NCBI GenBank assembly: GCA_050011565.1
Contig: JBEKIW010000002.1
Coordinates: 320,001-384,000 of the forward strand
Direction of reading: 5' to 3'
DNA from: Dehalococcoidia bacterium
Lineage (GTDB): Bacteria; Chloroflexota; Dehalococcoidia; GIF9; UBA5629
DNA: 64,000 bases
Shown here: one piece after another, positions 1 to 9,284 of the stretch
Numbering within the stretch: position 1 is the stretch's first letter
Layout of the letters: each line of letters begins with the position of its first letter
Position numbers and translations under genes: made by a program
The notes under the pieces: model-generated
Databases searched by the model: none
What the model saw: the letters and a program-made list of their open reading frames with translations, nothing else
What the model was told of the DNA's origin: nothing

Positions 1-2
1 GC

Positions 3-1496
3 TATGCCACCGTCGACCTTTCAGGTTCCCTTCACTATGCCAGCTGGACGGGCACAGCCTGGATAAAGGAGACCGTGGACCCGGCTGTTGTATGGGACTG
101 CTCACTAGCGCTGGACAGCAATGACCGTCCCCACATCAGCTACTTTGTGGGCATCGGCGAAATTTTCCGCTTAATACCTGACGGAAGCGACAATATAATA
201 GGTGGTATGCTGAAGTATGCCAATTGGACGGGCTCAGCCTGGGACATACAGACAGTGGACCAGGAGACAACCACCTGGGAAGGGCCAGATGGTGCTCCCT
301 CACTCGTAGGCATAGGTGGCGGCAAATGGAGTTCGATAGCGCTGGACAGCAGCGATTACCCCCACATCAGCTACGGCAGTCTTGTCCCTTCTGTCAATCC
401 CACATCCCTCCACTATGCCCGCCTCATTCCGCCCGACACAGCCACAGTAAACACGGCCACGGGCACGGGCACGGCTACCTTTTCCACCAGCGCTGGCGGT
501 ATTGCCAAGCTGACTGCCACAGCCCCGGCCGAAATCACCTGTGTCGCGTTGGGTGTCGAGTTTCCGCATGGTTTTTTCTCCTTCAACATCCTTGGCCTCG
601 ACCCGGGTGAAACAGTAACTGTGACCATTACCTTACCTTCACCAATGCCTGCAGGCACACAATACTGGAAATGCCAGAATGGAACGTTTATAGACTGCAC
701 CTCCCTTCTGGGTGATAATGACGGCGATAATGTATTGACGCTTACGCTTACAGATGGAGGTTTGGGAGACGCTGACGGTATTGCTAACGGTACAATCATT
801 GACCCCGGCGGGCCGGCAATACCAGCAACCGCGGTTCACCCGAACTCCGGCGTGCAGGGACAAACGCTCAATACTACCATAACAGGCATCAACTTCACCG
901 GGGCTACAGTAGTAAGCTTCGGCGCCGGCATAACTGTTAATAGCTTCAAGGTTGACTCCGCCACACAGATAACGGCAAGTATCACAATCGCCCGTAATGC
1001 TGCCATAGGAGCCAGGAATGTCTCGGTGACCACTCCTTTCGGCACCGGAACACTAACTGGTGGTTTCACAGTGAATTCATCAGCACCACAAGCGAAACCA
1101 CGAGTGTCGCCACGTAACCCAGCCAGTATGTCAGTACAATATCTGGACATCAATCCGAAACAGGTATATACCAACCAGCCAGTGACCATCTCGACCAATG
1201 TGGTTAACACCGGTGACGAGGCCGGCAGTCTTTATGTCGTCCTCAAGATAAACGGAAATGTGGAGCAAACCAGGATGGTCAGCGTTGGTGCCCATGGCGC
1301 GCAGCCGGTGAAGTTCACCGTAGTCAAGGCTCAGCCGGGGACCTACACGGTGGACATCGGCGGGCAGCAAGGTAGCTTCACTGTACTTGGCGCCGGCGCC
1401 GCCACTGGCTCGAAAACTGATGGCATGATAGCTTTAGCGATTATAGGTATTTTAATCATCGGTACTCTGGTGGTGTTGCTCCTCCGCCTCGTCTAA
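3..1496 (+). CDS. Membrane-anchored surface protein (5'-truncated): beta-propeller-like repeats, choice-of-anchor U-like domain, IPT/TIG-like and CARDB-like Ig domains, C-terminal TM anchor
   Basis: Frame is open from position 3 (YATVDLSGSLHYASWTG...). Repeated S(L/I)ALDS.D.PHISY motifs; DGGLGDADG..NGTIIDPGGP; VVNTGDEAGS; hydrophobic C-terminus. Confidence 0.75.
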   Translation, partial: YATVDLSGSLHYASWTGTAWIKETVDPAVVWDCSLALDSNDRPHISYFVGIGEIFRLIPDGSDNIIGGMLKYANWTGSAWDIQTVDQETTTWEGPDGAPSLVGIGGGKWSSIALDSSDYPHISYGSLVPSVNPTSLHYARLIPPDTATVNTATGTGTATFSTSAGGIAKLTATAPAEITCVALGVEFPHGFFSFNILGLDPGETVTVTITLPSPMPAGTQYWKCQNGTFIDCTSLLGDNDGDNVLTLTLTDGGLGDADGIANGTIIDPGGPAIPATAVHPNSGVQGQTLNTTITGINFTGATVVSFGAGITVNSFKVDSATQITASITIARNAAIGARNVSVTTPFGTGTLTGGFTVNSSAPQAKPRVSPRNPASMSVQYLDINPKQVYTNQPVTISTNVVNTGDEAGSLYVVLKINGNVEQTRMVSVGAHGAQPVKFTVVKAQPGTYTVDIGGQQGSFTVLGAGAATGSKTDGMIALAIIGILIIGTLVVLLLRLV

Positions 1497-1517
1497 TAAG
1501 CAAGCCTTAGAAATATA

Positions 1518-1552
1518 AACAGGGGGGCGATTTTAGGAATCGCCCCCCTGTT
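1518..1552. terminator. Intrinsic terminator between convergent genes
   Basis: aacaggggggcgatt-ttagg-aatcgcccccctgtt: perfect 15-bp stem. Confidence 0.85.
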
Positions 1553-1597
1553 ATTTCATTCCGTTAGAATTCCACTACTACTGTCATTGACAAATTA

Positions 1598-1690
1598 TTC
1601 TCTCTCCCCTGATGGATGACGGGTGGGCAGGCATCCAGCGAGGATTTACTCCCGCTGAGATACGGGGAAGGGAGATAGTTAGAGTGAGGT
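1598..1690 (-). repeat. REP-like palindrome (cctcac..tctccc / gggagag family) with a second hairpin nested in its loop
   Basis: Minus strand reads acctcactctaactatctccc ...insert... catcaggggagagagaa, resembling the REP at 27824-27853/31242-31262. The insert contains the hairpin cagcgggagtaaatcctcgctg. Confidence 0.55.
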
Positions 1691-1693
1691 AGA

Positions 1694-2725
1694 TTAAAGG
1701 GAATACTTATTTCTAACCCTGGCTGAAAGCTCGGCGAGCAGTTCCAGAGCGCGTACGGAAGCTTCAACGGACAGAGATGCCAGCGTGCAGGACGGAGTCA
1801 GCAAGCTTTGAGCTGCGAGCTGCCTGAAAGACAGGCCGTCACGGGTGAACGGCGCCATGGCTTCGCCCAGCCGGTCATTAAGGCTGCCCAGAGATTCTCG
1901 AGCTACAGCCTCCTCTTCGTTGGGTATGATGCCCCAAGCGATGCTGCCGCCTTTCTCCAGGAAAGCTTTCACCTCAGCCGGATAGCAGCCAAGCGAGTCG
2001 GCGTAGTTATAAGCATCGAAGCTCAGTATGTCGGTCGAGCTTTTTAAAAGTAGTGACCAGTCGGTGCTGCCGCAGCAGTGCACTCCCTTAAGCCCTGTAA
2101 TGCCGCTCAAGACTACTTCGAGTAAAGTTGTCACCTGCTCATTGGGAACGGCGACGAAGGCCGTGCCCAGTGAGGTCAGGTAGGGCTCGTCGACGAAGAT
2201 GATAGTGTCCGGCGCAATTTGCTTTAAGAACCTCTCCTGCCACATAGCTTTAAGCCGCAGGAACTTGGCCAGCGCCTCGGCCAGAAGGTCGTCATAAAGT
2301 ATGCCTCGCTGCTCCCTGTCGGTGACCATAAGCCCCCAGGTGATGGGCCCCGTTATCTGCCCCTTGACCATCCGGGGATGGCGTTCCTTTAGCGCCAGAA
2401 AGGCATGCAGTCCGGCGGCATAGTCGGCGCTGATGCCGTATTTATCCGGGTCATTCTCCGCATCCGCGTTGTAAAGCTGCTCCAGCCGGCTGTCGAAATC
2501 CGCCGGACGTTCCACATAGGCTTTAGCTCCCTCGAGCACAATGCCCGGGAAGCCTTCGCTGAACTGGGCATACATATTTTCCTGGCTGGAGCGTTTCGGT
2601 AGTTGCGGCCAGGCGGGCAGGTCAGGCAGGTATTTAGCCACCAGTGAGCAAGCCTCCTTGGGGTCGGTCTGAGGCATGCTGCCTATAATTGTGGGCAGAC
2701 AGTTGAATTCGATTTTGGGTGCCAT
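1694..2725 (-). CDS. Core (catalytic-domain-only) methionine synthase, MesB-like, folate-independent
   Basis: MetE C-terminal-like motifs KGQITGPIT and FVDEP; Zn ligands GVHCC, SFDAY (Asp) and TPSC; 343 aa with no N-terminal MetE half. Start reset to ATG 2725, just downstream of mtnP. Confidence 0.8.
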   Translation of the reverse strand: MAPKIEFNCLPTIIGSMPQTDPKEACSLVAKYLPDLPAWPQLPKRSSQENMYAQFSEGFPGIVLEGAKAYVERPADFDSRLEQLYNADAENDPDKYGISADYAAGLHAFLALKERHPRMVKGQITGPITWGLMVTDREQRGILYDDLLAEALAKFLRLKAMWQERFLKQIAPDTIIFVDEPYLTSLGTAFVAVPNEQVTTLLEVVLSGITGLKGVHCCGSTDWSLLLKSSTDILSFDAYNYADSLGCYPAEVKAFLEKGGSIAWGIIPNEEEAVARESLGSLNDRLGEAMAPFTRDGLSFRQLAAQSLLTPSCTLASLSVEASVRALELLAELSARVRNKYSL

Positions 2726-2733
2726 TAATTTCC

Positions 2734-3597
2734 CTACTTTATATACTTGCCGATTATTGGTGCCAGGTCCTTCTTGACCTGCTCCGGTATGAGCTCCCGG
2801 GAGGTGATTATGGCATTTTGGAGTGCGGAAGCACAAATACAATTCCTTTTTTGAGGTAAGCAAGTTACTGCCTGCCTCAGAAGCCTTTTGACGTTTTCAA
2901 CACCTCTCCTCAGATTGTCAATGACCATATCCACAGTCACCACCTCGTAGGTCTCTTTCCAGCAGTCGTAGTCGGTGACCACGGCCATGGTGGCATAGCA
3001 GATTTCCGCCTCACGTGCCAGCTTAGCCTCCGGCAGACCGGTCATGTAGATGACATCGGCTCCCCAGGAGCGGTACAGCTCGGATTCAGCCCTGGTGGAG
3101 AACTGAGGACCTTCCATGACGACGCAGGTACCGCCGTCATGCGCCCTTATTTCGAGCTTACGCGCTGAGTTGTGGAGTATATCGCCGAGAACGGGGCAGA
3201 AGGGGTCGGCAAAGGGTATGTGCCCGACGATGCCCTTGCCGAAGAAGGTATCCTGCCGGAGGAAGGTGCGGTCGATAATCTGGTCTGGTATAACTATGTC
3301 CAGTGGTCTGATTTTCTCCTGGAGGCTGCCGACGGTGGCTACGGAGAATATCCATTCCACGCCGAGAGTCTTCAAGGCGTAGATGTTGGCTCTTGACGGC
3401 AGTTCGGTGGGGCTGATGCGATGTCCTTTACCGTGACGGGGCAAAAAGGCGACGTTCACACCTTCCAGCTTGCCCAGCGTAATAACATCGCTCGGGTCGC
3501 CGAAGGGCGTCTTAATTTTTATATCTTTTGTTTCGGTCAAGCCCTCTATCTGGTACAGGCCGCTGCCGCCGATAATACCGACTTTCGCTTCAGCCAT
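2734..3597 (-). CDS. mtnP: S-methyl-5'-thioadenosine phosphorylase
   Basis: GIIGGSGLY, FLPRHG, EGPQFSTRAES, PEAKLAREAEICY, VTDYDCW. Confidence 0.95.
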   Translation of the reverse strand: MAEAKVGIIGGSGLYQIEGLTETKDIKIKTPFGDPSDVITLGKLEGVNVAFLPRHGKGHRISPTELPSRANIYALKTLGVEWIFSVATVGSLQEKIRPLDIVIPDQIIDRTFLRQDTFFGKGIVGHIPFADPFCPVLGDILHNSARKLEIRAHDGGTCVVMEGPQFSTRAESELYRSWGADVIYMTGLPEAKLAREAEICYATMAVVTDYDCWKETYEVVTVDMVIDNLRRGVENVKRLLRQAVTCLPQKRNCICASALQNAIITSRELIPEQVKKDLAPIIGKYIK

Positions 3598-3636
3598 TAT
3601 TCAATCTCCACACTAAAATTTTCGTCATTTTGGTTT

Positions 3637-4314
3637 TTAACTCTCCTCCATTGTCTTCTTGATCTCCTCCGTATGACCGTAATATATCAGGTGGTCTCCG
3701 GCCTGCACAATCTCCTTGGCTTCAGGGTAAAACATAACCTTATCGCCTCTCTCGATAGCCAGAACCCTGACATCGGCCTTTGCCAGGCTGGTATCGCTGA
3801 TTTTAGAGCCGACCTCCGGTGCCGCCTTGCCAACGGTCAATCGCGCCAGGCTGTGGTCGCCCGCCTGGTAAATTATCTCAGTATTCGATAGCTCCGGCTT
3901 GAAATACGGTGTCCGTTTCAACCAGTTGACTATTACCGTGGCCAGCTTATCCAGTACGCCTAACCAGAACAGCACCAGCAAAACAACCGCCGGTATCGCT
4001 GAAAGGATGTATACAAAAGGTGAGGTCGGTTTCGATGGTTGTGTGCCGATTACGATCAGTATGAACAGCAAAAGCAAGAATAGTATGATGCCGACGCTGC
4101 CCAGAAACATCATCCAGCTGACTATCATCCGGCGTCTGGGGTGGCCGACGATGTTCTCTGCTTCCCGTGTGGTGAAGCCCGTACCGGTAAGCGCTGAAAT
4201 CGCCTGAAAGCGGGCTCTCGACCGCTCCATGCCGGTGGCTTCCAGTGCAATCGAGCCGAACCACAATATAAACAGCCATACCGTTATCACCACTAGCATC
4301 AATTCCGGTTGCAT
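3637..4314 (-). CDS. Membrane protein with K+-channel-like pore motif and TrkA-C (RCK_C) domain
   Basis: ARFQAISALTGTGFTT.EAE motif, several TM helices, C-terminal VLAIERG...P....AGD. Confidence 0.8.
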   Translation of the reverse strand: MQPELMLVVITVWLFILWFGSIALEATGMERSRARFQAISALTGTGFTTREAENIVGHPRRRMIVSWMMFLGSVGIILFLLLLFILIVIGTQPSKPTSPFVYILSAIPAVVLLVLFWLGVLDKLATVIVNWLKRTPYFKPELSNTEIIYQAGDHSLARLTVGKAAPEVGSKISDTSLAKADVRVLAIERGDKVMFYPEAKEIVQAGDHLIYYGHTEEIKKTMEES

Positions 4315-4441
4315 GTCATCCCTCCGTATTTAGATGTTCGTATCCTGCCACACCACGATGGAAACGCCAAGATTATACTTGGAAATCGAGGTGGTGACAA
4401 TGATTGCCTGCCGGGATTGATTTTCTACGATATGGGCGCCT

Positions 4442-4507
4442 GGATTCCTAATCCATTGTCCAGCTAATACCTAAAGTATTCTATTTAGCTTTGGATGGGT
4501 GTATAAT
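4442..4507 (+). repeat. 66-bp leader repeat, copy 1 (ends in -10 TATAAT)
   Basis: 55/66 ungapped identity to 7479-7544, counted by hand. Confidence 0.9.
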
Positions 4508-4526
4508 CGAAGCTACAGGTGGGGAA

Positions 4527-5489
4527 GTGTCTTTAACAGGCTTTGTGGAGTGGGTGAAGCCAACTCTAAACCAGTTATTCGATATGCCTACCTTTGGGAT
4601 GAAAGGTGAGATGAAGGCTGCACCCCTATCTATGCATTATGGGTTTATAGGAACATCTTTCGATTACGTTCTCAGATTACAGGTAGCTAAAATAAATAAG
4701 AATTTGGTTACTGATTTCCCCATAGTTGGTCGAATAGCTGCAAAGGGTAACAAGTTTCGTGAACAAATAATCACTGATTTTGAGTTAGCTAAAACAAGAT
4801 ATCTTAATGATGAATTAGAACTAAGCGACCTTTTGCCTAACTGTATTTACTTGGCTATTTTGGACACGTTAGCCAGAACTGGAACAGACTCCCAACCATC
4901 GACAGACGAAGATATTAAGTCATTAATGCCAAAGAAGTTACGTAATGACAGGGATGCCTTTAAGAAATATAAGGAATTGCATGAGGAATTTCTTCCACCC
5001 CCTCTTACTTGGACACCTGACCCTAAAGATATAGCTGATTTAGCAAGCCTAACTGATATAGTTGACACTAAAATGTGGCAAGCCAAAACACGGTGTATTC
5101 TAAACCCCACATTTGGCCAAAGTAGTTCTTATATCGGTGGGGCTGATGCCGATTTGATAATTGATAACAAACTGATAGATATTAAGACAACAAAATACTT
5201 GAAATTTACTCGTCCTTATTTTAGGCAGCTAATAGGATACCACCTTCTAAACTGTAGAGAACAGGAAATGTATAAGGGATTAGAACATCTAGGCATATAC
5301 TATGCTCGACATGGCCTACTATTTACATTCCCAATACCTAATATGCAGAGGAACATTAAATTTGGGGATGAAGTTATAGACGAGGAAGTGATTGAATCCT
5401 GGATACAGATATATCACGAAGAGATTAACAAAGTCCCTCCTTGGCGTATAATCCCACAAGTACTTGATTTTCTGAAACCGAATAAATAA
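4527..5489 (+). CDS. Putative PD-(D/E)XK nuclease-family protein
   Basis: NPTFG...ADADLIIDNKLIDIKTTK...RQLIGY resembles the D..(D/E)xK..Q...Y core; AT-rich codon usage; GTG start after the -10 box. Confidence 0.65.
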   Translation: MSLTGFVEWVKPTLNQLFDMPTFGMKGEMKAAPLSMHYGFIGTSFDYVLRLQVAKINKNLVTDFPIVGRIAAKGNKFREQIITDFELAKTRYLNDELELSDLLPNCIYLAILDTLARTGTDSQPSTDEDIKSLMPKKLRNDRDAFKKYKELHEEFLPPPLTWTPDPKDIADLASLTDIVDTKMWQAKTRCILNPTFGQSSSYIGGADADLIIDNKLIDIKTTKYLKFTRPYFRQLIGYHLLNCREQEMYKGLEHLGIYYARHGLLFTFPIPNMQRNIKFGDEVIDEEVIESWIQIYHEEINKVPPWRIIPQVLDFLKPNK

Positions 5490-5508
5490 TTCCTAGGGGA
5501 AATTTATT

Positions 5509-6711
5509 ATGGGAATCTTTAGTAGCAAACCAAAGGTTGATATGGAATCTTTTTGCAGAGACTACTACGACTCTCAAATGTTCCATGCTGTTGTCGATGG
5601 CGAGGATGGTAGTCAGAAGATACTTGATGCTGCATTTAAACTACTAACAGATTCTGCCCCATCCTTCTTAAAGGTTGCCCCTGCACTTTTTGAATTAGAA
5701 ATGATTGCTATGCATCTTGAGCTTTTTGCCCTAGCCTTCTTTAAACGCCTCTCAAACTTTGAGCAAGCAGTCCAGCATAGCATATTTACACTACGCTATC
5801 TACAAAATAAGGGTAGGAGCGATATATGGGAAGCCATGGGTAAATACAATACAGCTATTGCCCAAACTGCTACTATGGATGCCAGCGGTCAAAAAATGAG
5901 CGGAGACACTGCTATTGGGCGAATGAGAATTACTAAGGTTAATTTTTCTAGATTCGAGACGTTCAAGAAATGGGTGGAACCCCGCTTTAGCGACCCTGAC
6001 AACCTTACCGCAAATGAAAAGGAAATAGTTGGTTGTGTTACCCGTGTCTGCAATCGTATTGAAGTTGACATCATGCGCGATACGCAGATAGGTAACCGCA
6101 TGATTGCTGGATTGTTTCTTGAGCGACTTGGCATGGAAAATATTTGTGGAAAGGACTGGCAACCAAGTAAGGACTTAGGTCTGAGGATTGCATCTCAACC
6201 ATTGTCCATGTACGAATTTTCGACCCAAGCGTTAAAGACTGTGGATTTACAACCCTCACTTGTACTATTGAAAGACAAAGAGTGGAGTCAGATTGATGGA
6301 GAGGCTTGTCGGGTTACCGATTTTACACCGTTGGGTTCAGTTGTGGACAAAGATGGTAAAGTCAAGGCGATGGATATGACCACACCATACGCTTCCATCA
6401 CTATAGAGTGCAGGAAGCTCGGGAAGAATATAACAGGATATATAACTCACAAGATAGACTTTGGCCATTTATGGGCAGCGTTCAAAGAACGGACAGTTAG
6501 AGAAGACGAAGAGGTGATAATCTTTTGGACTACAAAGAACTATAAACGTTTCGTTGCTTCTTTTGGGATGCCAAAGTTGTTGGTATGGGTCTGTCCTAAA
6601 GGGGCATTTGAGTTGATGACCAACAATGACTACAAGCCGGAATTGACAGGCGAAGCAAGGTGGAATGCAATGAGCCCAATTATTGAGTGGAAACCAGAGG
6701 TAATGGAGTGA
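5509..6711 (+). CDS. Hypothetical protein, apparently two domains
   Basis: 400-aa ORF 19 nt after the nuclease gene; no recognised motif. Confidence 0.75.
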   Translation: MGIFSSKPKVDMESFCRDYYDSQMFHAVVDGEDGSQKILDAAFKLLTDSAPSFLKVAPALFELEMIAMHLELFALAFFKRLSNFEQAVQHSIFTLRYLQNKGRSDIWEAMGKYNTAIAQTATMDASGQKMSGDTAIGRMRITKVNFSRFETFKKWVEPRFSDPDNLTANEKEIVGCVTRVCNRIEVDIMRDTQIGNRMIAGLFLERLGMENICGKDWQPSKDLGLRIASQPLSMYEFSTQALKTVDLQPSLVLLKDKEWSQIDGEACRVTDFTPLGSVVDKDGKVKAMDMTTPYASITIECRKLGKNITGYITHKIDFGHLWAAFKERTVREDEEVIIFWTTKNYKRFVASFGMPKLLVWVCPKGAFELMTNNDYKPELTGEARWNAMSPIIEWKPEVME

Positions 6712-6742
6712 TATGCCTTAGCGTGTAGGAGATAGTGAGGAT

Positions 6743-7285
6743 ATGTCACTGTTCAAAAAGGAGATTACTGAAGAAGAAGCATCCCGTCAATTTGTTTTAG
6801 CTAAACTACAGGAAGGCAATGAGTGGTGGCAACAGACTTATGCAGGCTTGAAGGATACATTTGGTGAGAAGTTCATAATACAAGACGAAAACATGGGTAT
6901 CTTTGACTTACTTTTGGCTAAAATAGCATTGCATATTAACTCCCTGAGGAATCTGTTCCCTTCAGCGCAATCCAAAAGAATACGTGGGCATATCCTAAAG
7001 TATGTGACCTCACTAGAACATGCAGATTACACAATAAACGAGATGCAGGAATACGAAAGAGTCTACAATGAAAGTGTCAGGTTGACAGAAAATCCAATCG
7101 ATGCTATAGCTGCAAGACTTTTGCGTAAATGGCTTGGGGAACGTATTGTAGACTTCGAATTCGAATTTTTTGACAAAAAGACCGGAGCTATCTCACCAAT
7201 GCTGCTTTTTTTTGTTGATAATATTGTCACAGAGGGTAGTGGATGGAAAATCATCAAGGACAACTTCAATATTATAGAAGGTTGA
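6743..7285 (+). CDS. Hypothetical alpha-helical protein
   Basis: 180-aa ORF with GAGG RBS, co-oriented in the island. Confidence 0.75.
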   Translation: MSLFKKEITEEEASRQFVLAKLQEGNEWWQQTYAGLKDTFGEKFIIQDENMGIFDLLLAKIALHINSLRNLFPSAQSKRIRGHILKYVTSLEHADYTINEMQEYERVYNESVRLTENPIDAIAARLLRKWLGERIVDFEFEFFDKKTGAISPMLLFFVDNIVTEGSGWKIIKDNFNIIEG

Positions 7286-7478
7286 AATAACGACCAAGAT
7301 ATCTCAACTACTGACTCGCTTATAGTGTTCTAAACAATCATCAAACGTGACACTTTTTGTGTATTATCCCAATGGTGCTTTATAGAACTTCAAGCTATCC
7401 TGAAAAAGTAACTGACCTGGTATATGTCTGCCCCGCTTAACACCTAGTCTCAGCCGCTTAACAGTTAGCTTCACTAAC

Positions 7479-7544
7479 GGATTCCTAGTCCATTACCTTG
7501 CTAATAACTAAAGTATTTTCTTTAGGTTTGGGTGGGTGTAAAAT
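7479..7544 (+). repeat. 66-bp leader repeat, copy 2 (ends in TAAAAT)
   Basis: 55/66 identity to 4442-4507. Confidence 0.9.
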
Positions 7545-7609
7545 ATATTAGTTTAGTCTATTTCGTTTTTCATTAGTTGGATATATTATCGAGATGATAG
7601 GAGACTAGT

Positions 7610-8116
7610 ATGAACTACGAACGCATAGTGGTACTCTTTATCGTTCTAGTAATAGCCTATTCAATTCTAGCCCCAATATTTCAGCCCTATTTGCTTTGGA
7701 TAAGCCTTGTATTTGGAATACTGTTGATAGTTTTCATTTGTTGTATATTAATGTTTCCAAGATTTCGGCAAGGTGTATTTTCTGCACTAAAATCCATTTT
7801 TACCAAATTGTTAAGCTGGCTTAGGACGGAGCGAGAGAAACAATCCCTAACTTCAACTAAACCCCAACGTACACCAATTCCTGAAGAGATAAAGAAGCAA
7901 GTATTCAGCAGAGCAGGGGGGCGATGTCAAATCCCAGGCTGTAAAGAATTGGAATCTCCTGTAATACACCACATAGACCAAGACAGAACAAATCATAGAT
8001 TTGATAATCTAATATTGCTTTGTAGCAACCACCATACCACGGCTGACCATAGAGGCTTTCGAAAAGAGCAATTGCATCTATGGAAAGAGCATAAAAACCT
8101 ATCGCAGAATTATTAA
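7610..8116 (+). CDS. HNH endonuclease with two N-terminal TM helices
   Basis: Hydrophobic aa 6-50; RTPIP..IKKQVFSRAGGRCQIPGC...HHID.....N..DNLILLCSNHH; AGGAG RBS. Confidence 0.85.
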   Translation: MNYERIVVLFIVLVIAYSILAPIFQPYLLWISLVFGILLIVFICCILMFPRFRQGVFSALKSIFTKLLSWLRTEREKQSLTSTKPQRTPIPEEIKKQVFSRAGGRCQIPGCKELESPVIHHIDQDRTNHRFDNLILLCSNHHTTADHRGFRKEQLHLWKEHKNLSQNY

Positions 8117-8202
8117 TATGCTACTGTGATTAGACGGCAGTGCTTGGAATCTCTGCGACTTCCCAATCCTTGACGGATTGTTAGTCCTATCCTCTAAGTA
8201 GA

Positions 8203-9231
8203 TTACCTGCTAACTAACTTCTTCAATCCAAGGCTGTACGGCTTCCTAACGATGCCCTTCTCGGTGATGATGGCGGTGATGTATTTGTGGGGGGTGACGT
8301 CGAAGGCGGGATTGGCGGCGGCCACGCCTTTGGGCGCCAGGCGAACTCCCCTAATGCTGGTTACTTCTTCAGGATTGCGTTCCTCGATGGGGATTTCAGC
8401 GCCGGACTTTAAAGAAAGGTCGATGGTGCTGGTGGGCGCTGCCACGTAAAACGGGACGCCGTTTTCTTTAGCCAGCACAGCCAAAGTGTAGGTGCCGATT
8501 TTGTTGGCGGTGTCGCCGTTGGCGGCAATACGGTCGGCGCCGACGATGACGCAGGATACCTTGCCACGGCTCAAGAAATAGCCGGCCATGGAATCGGTAA
8601 TCAATGTGACCGGTATTTTCTCTTGCATCAGCTCCCAGGCGGTGAGGCAGGCGCCCTGAAGCAAGGGGCGCGTCTCGGTGGCGATGACCTCGATTTTCTT
8701 GCCCTGCTCCCAGGCGGCTTTGATGACGCCCAAAGCTGTGCCGTAGCCGGCAGTGGCTAAAGCCCCGGCATTGCAGTGGGTCAAAACGGTGAAGCCGTTT
8801 TTAATAAGCCCGGCGCCGAGCCGGCTGAGCCGCCGGGTGGCTGCTTCTTCTTCGGCATGAATTTTCTTAGCTTCGTCGATGAGCGCCTGCTTTATCTTCG
8901 GCACATCGCCGGAGGTTTCTGCCGCCTTTTTCATCCGGTCGATGGCTCGAAATAGATTTACGGCGGTGGGACGGGCGGCGGCGAAAGACTGCAAGATTTT
9001 ATTGAACTGGCTGAGAAACTTTGCCTTATTATCTGCCTTTATATCTCCGGCACCGAGGGCGATGCCGAAGGCGGCAGCCACACCGATGGCCGGCGCGCCG
9101 CGCACCTTCATCTGTTTGATAGCGGCGACGACTTCGGTGTAGTTTCGGAGGTCAAGAAAGACCAGCTTGCCAGGCAGTTGCGTCTGGTCGATGATTTTGA
9201 GTTTGTTGCCGAGCCATTCAACAGGTTTCAT
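8203..9231 (-). CDS. mtnA: S-methyl-5-thioribose-1-phosphate isomerase
   Basis: [51 protein letters not shown]. Confidence 0.95.
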   Translation of the reverse strand: MKPVEWLGNKLKIIDQTQLPGKLVFLDLRNYTEVVAAIKQMKVRGAPAIGVAAAFGIALGAGDIKADNKAKFLSQFNKILQSFAAARPTAVNLFRAIDRMKKAAETSGDVPKIKQALIDEAKKIHAEEEAATRRLSRLGAGLIKNGFTVLTHCNAGALATAGYGTALGVIKAAWEQGKKIEVIATETRPLLQGACLTAWELMQEKIPVTLITDSMAGYFLSRGKVSCVIVGADRIAANGDTANKIGTYTLAVLAKENGVPFYVAAPTSTIDLSLKSGAEIPIEERNPEEVTSIRGVRLAPKGVAAANPAFDVTPHKYITAIITEKGIVRKPYSLGLKKLVSR

Positions 9232-9235
9232 ATTA

Positions 9236-9284
9236 AGTTAAAAGTCAAAAGCCAAAAGCCAAAAATGCAAGTCAAAAGTTAAAA
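9236..9284 (+). repeat. Intergenic heptamer tandem repeat (AAAGYCA/AAAGTTA)
   Basis: aaagtca aaagcca aaagcca aaaatgc aagtca aaagtta. Confidence 0.7.

Noticed and set aside
2726-2863. N-terminal extensions in the ORF track (mesB, ICMT-3, CMD, ECF sigma, DUF169, dnaX, rpsO, dapA)
   Set aside because: The extensions overlap neighbouring genes or promoters; downstream starts have an RBS and/or match family N-termini.
7433-7478. Possible integron attC site (GCTTAAC ... GTTAGC)
   Set aside because: No proper RYYYAAC...GTTRRRY pair enclosing an L-box hairpin, not located right after a stop codon, not repeated after the other genes, and no intI present.
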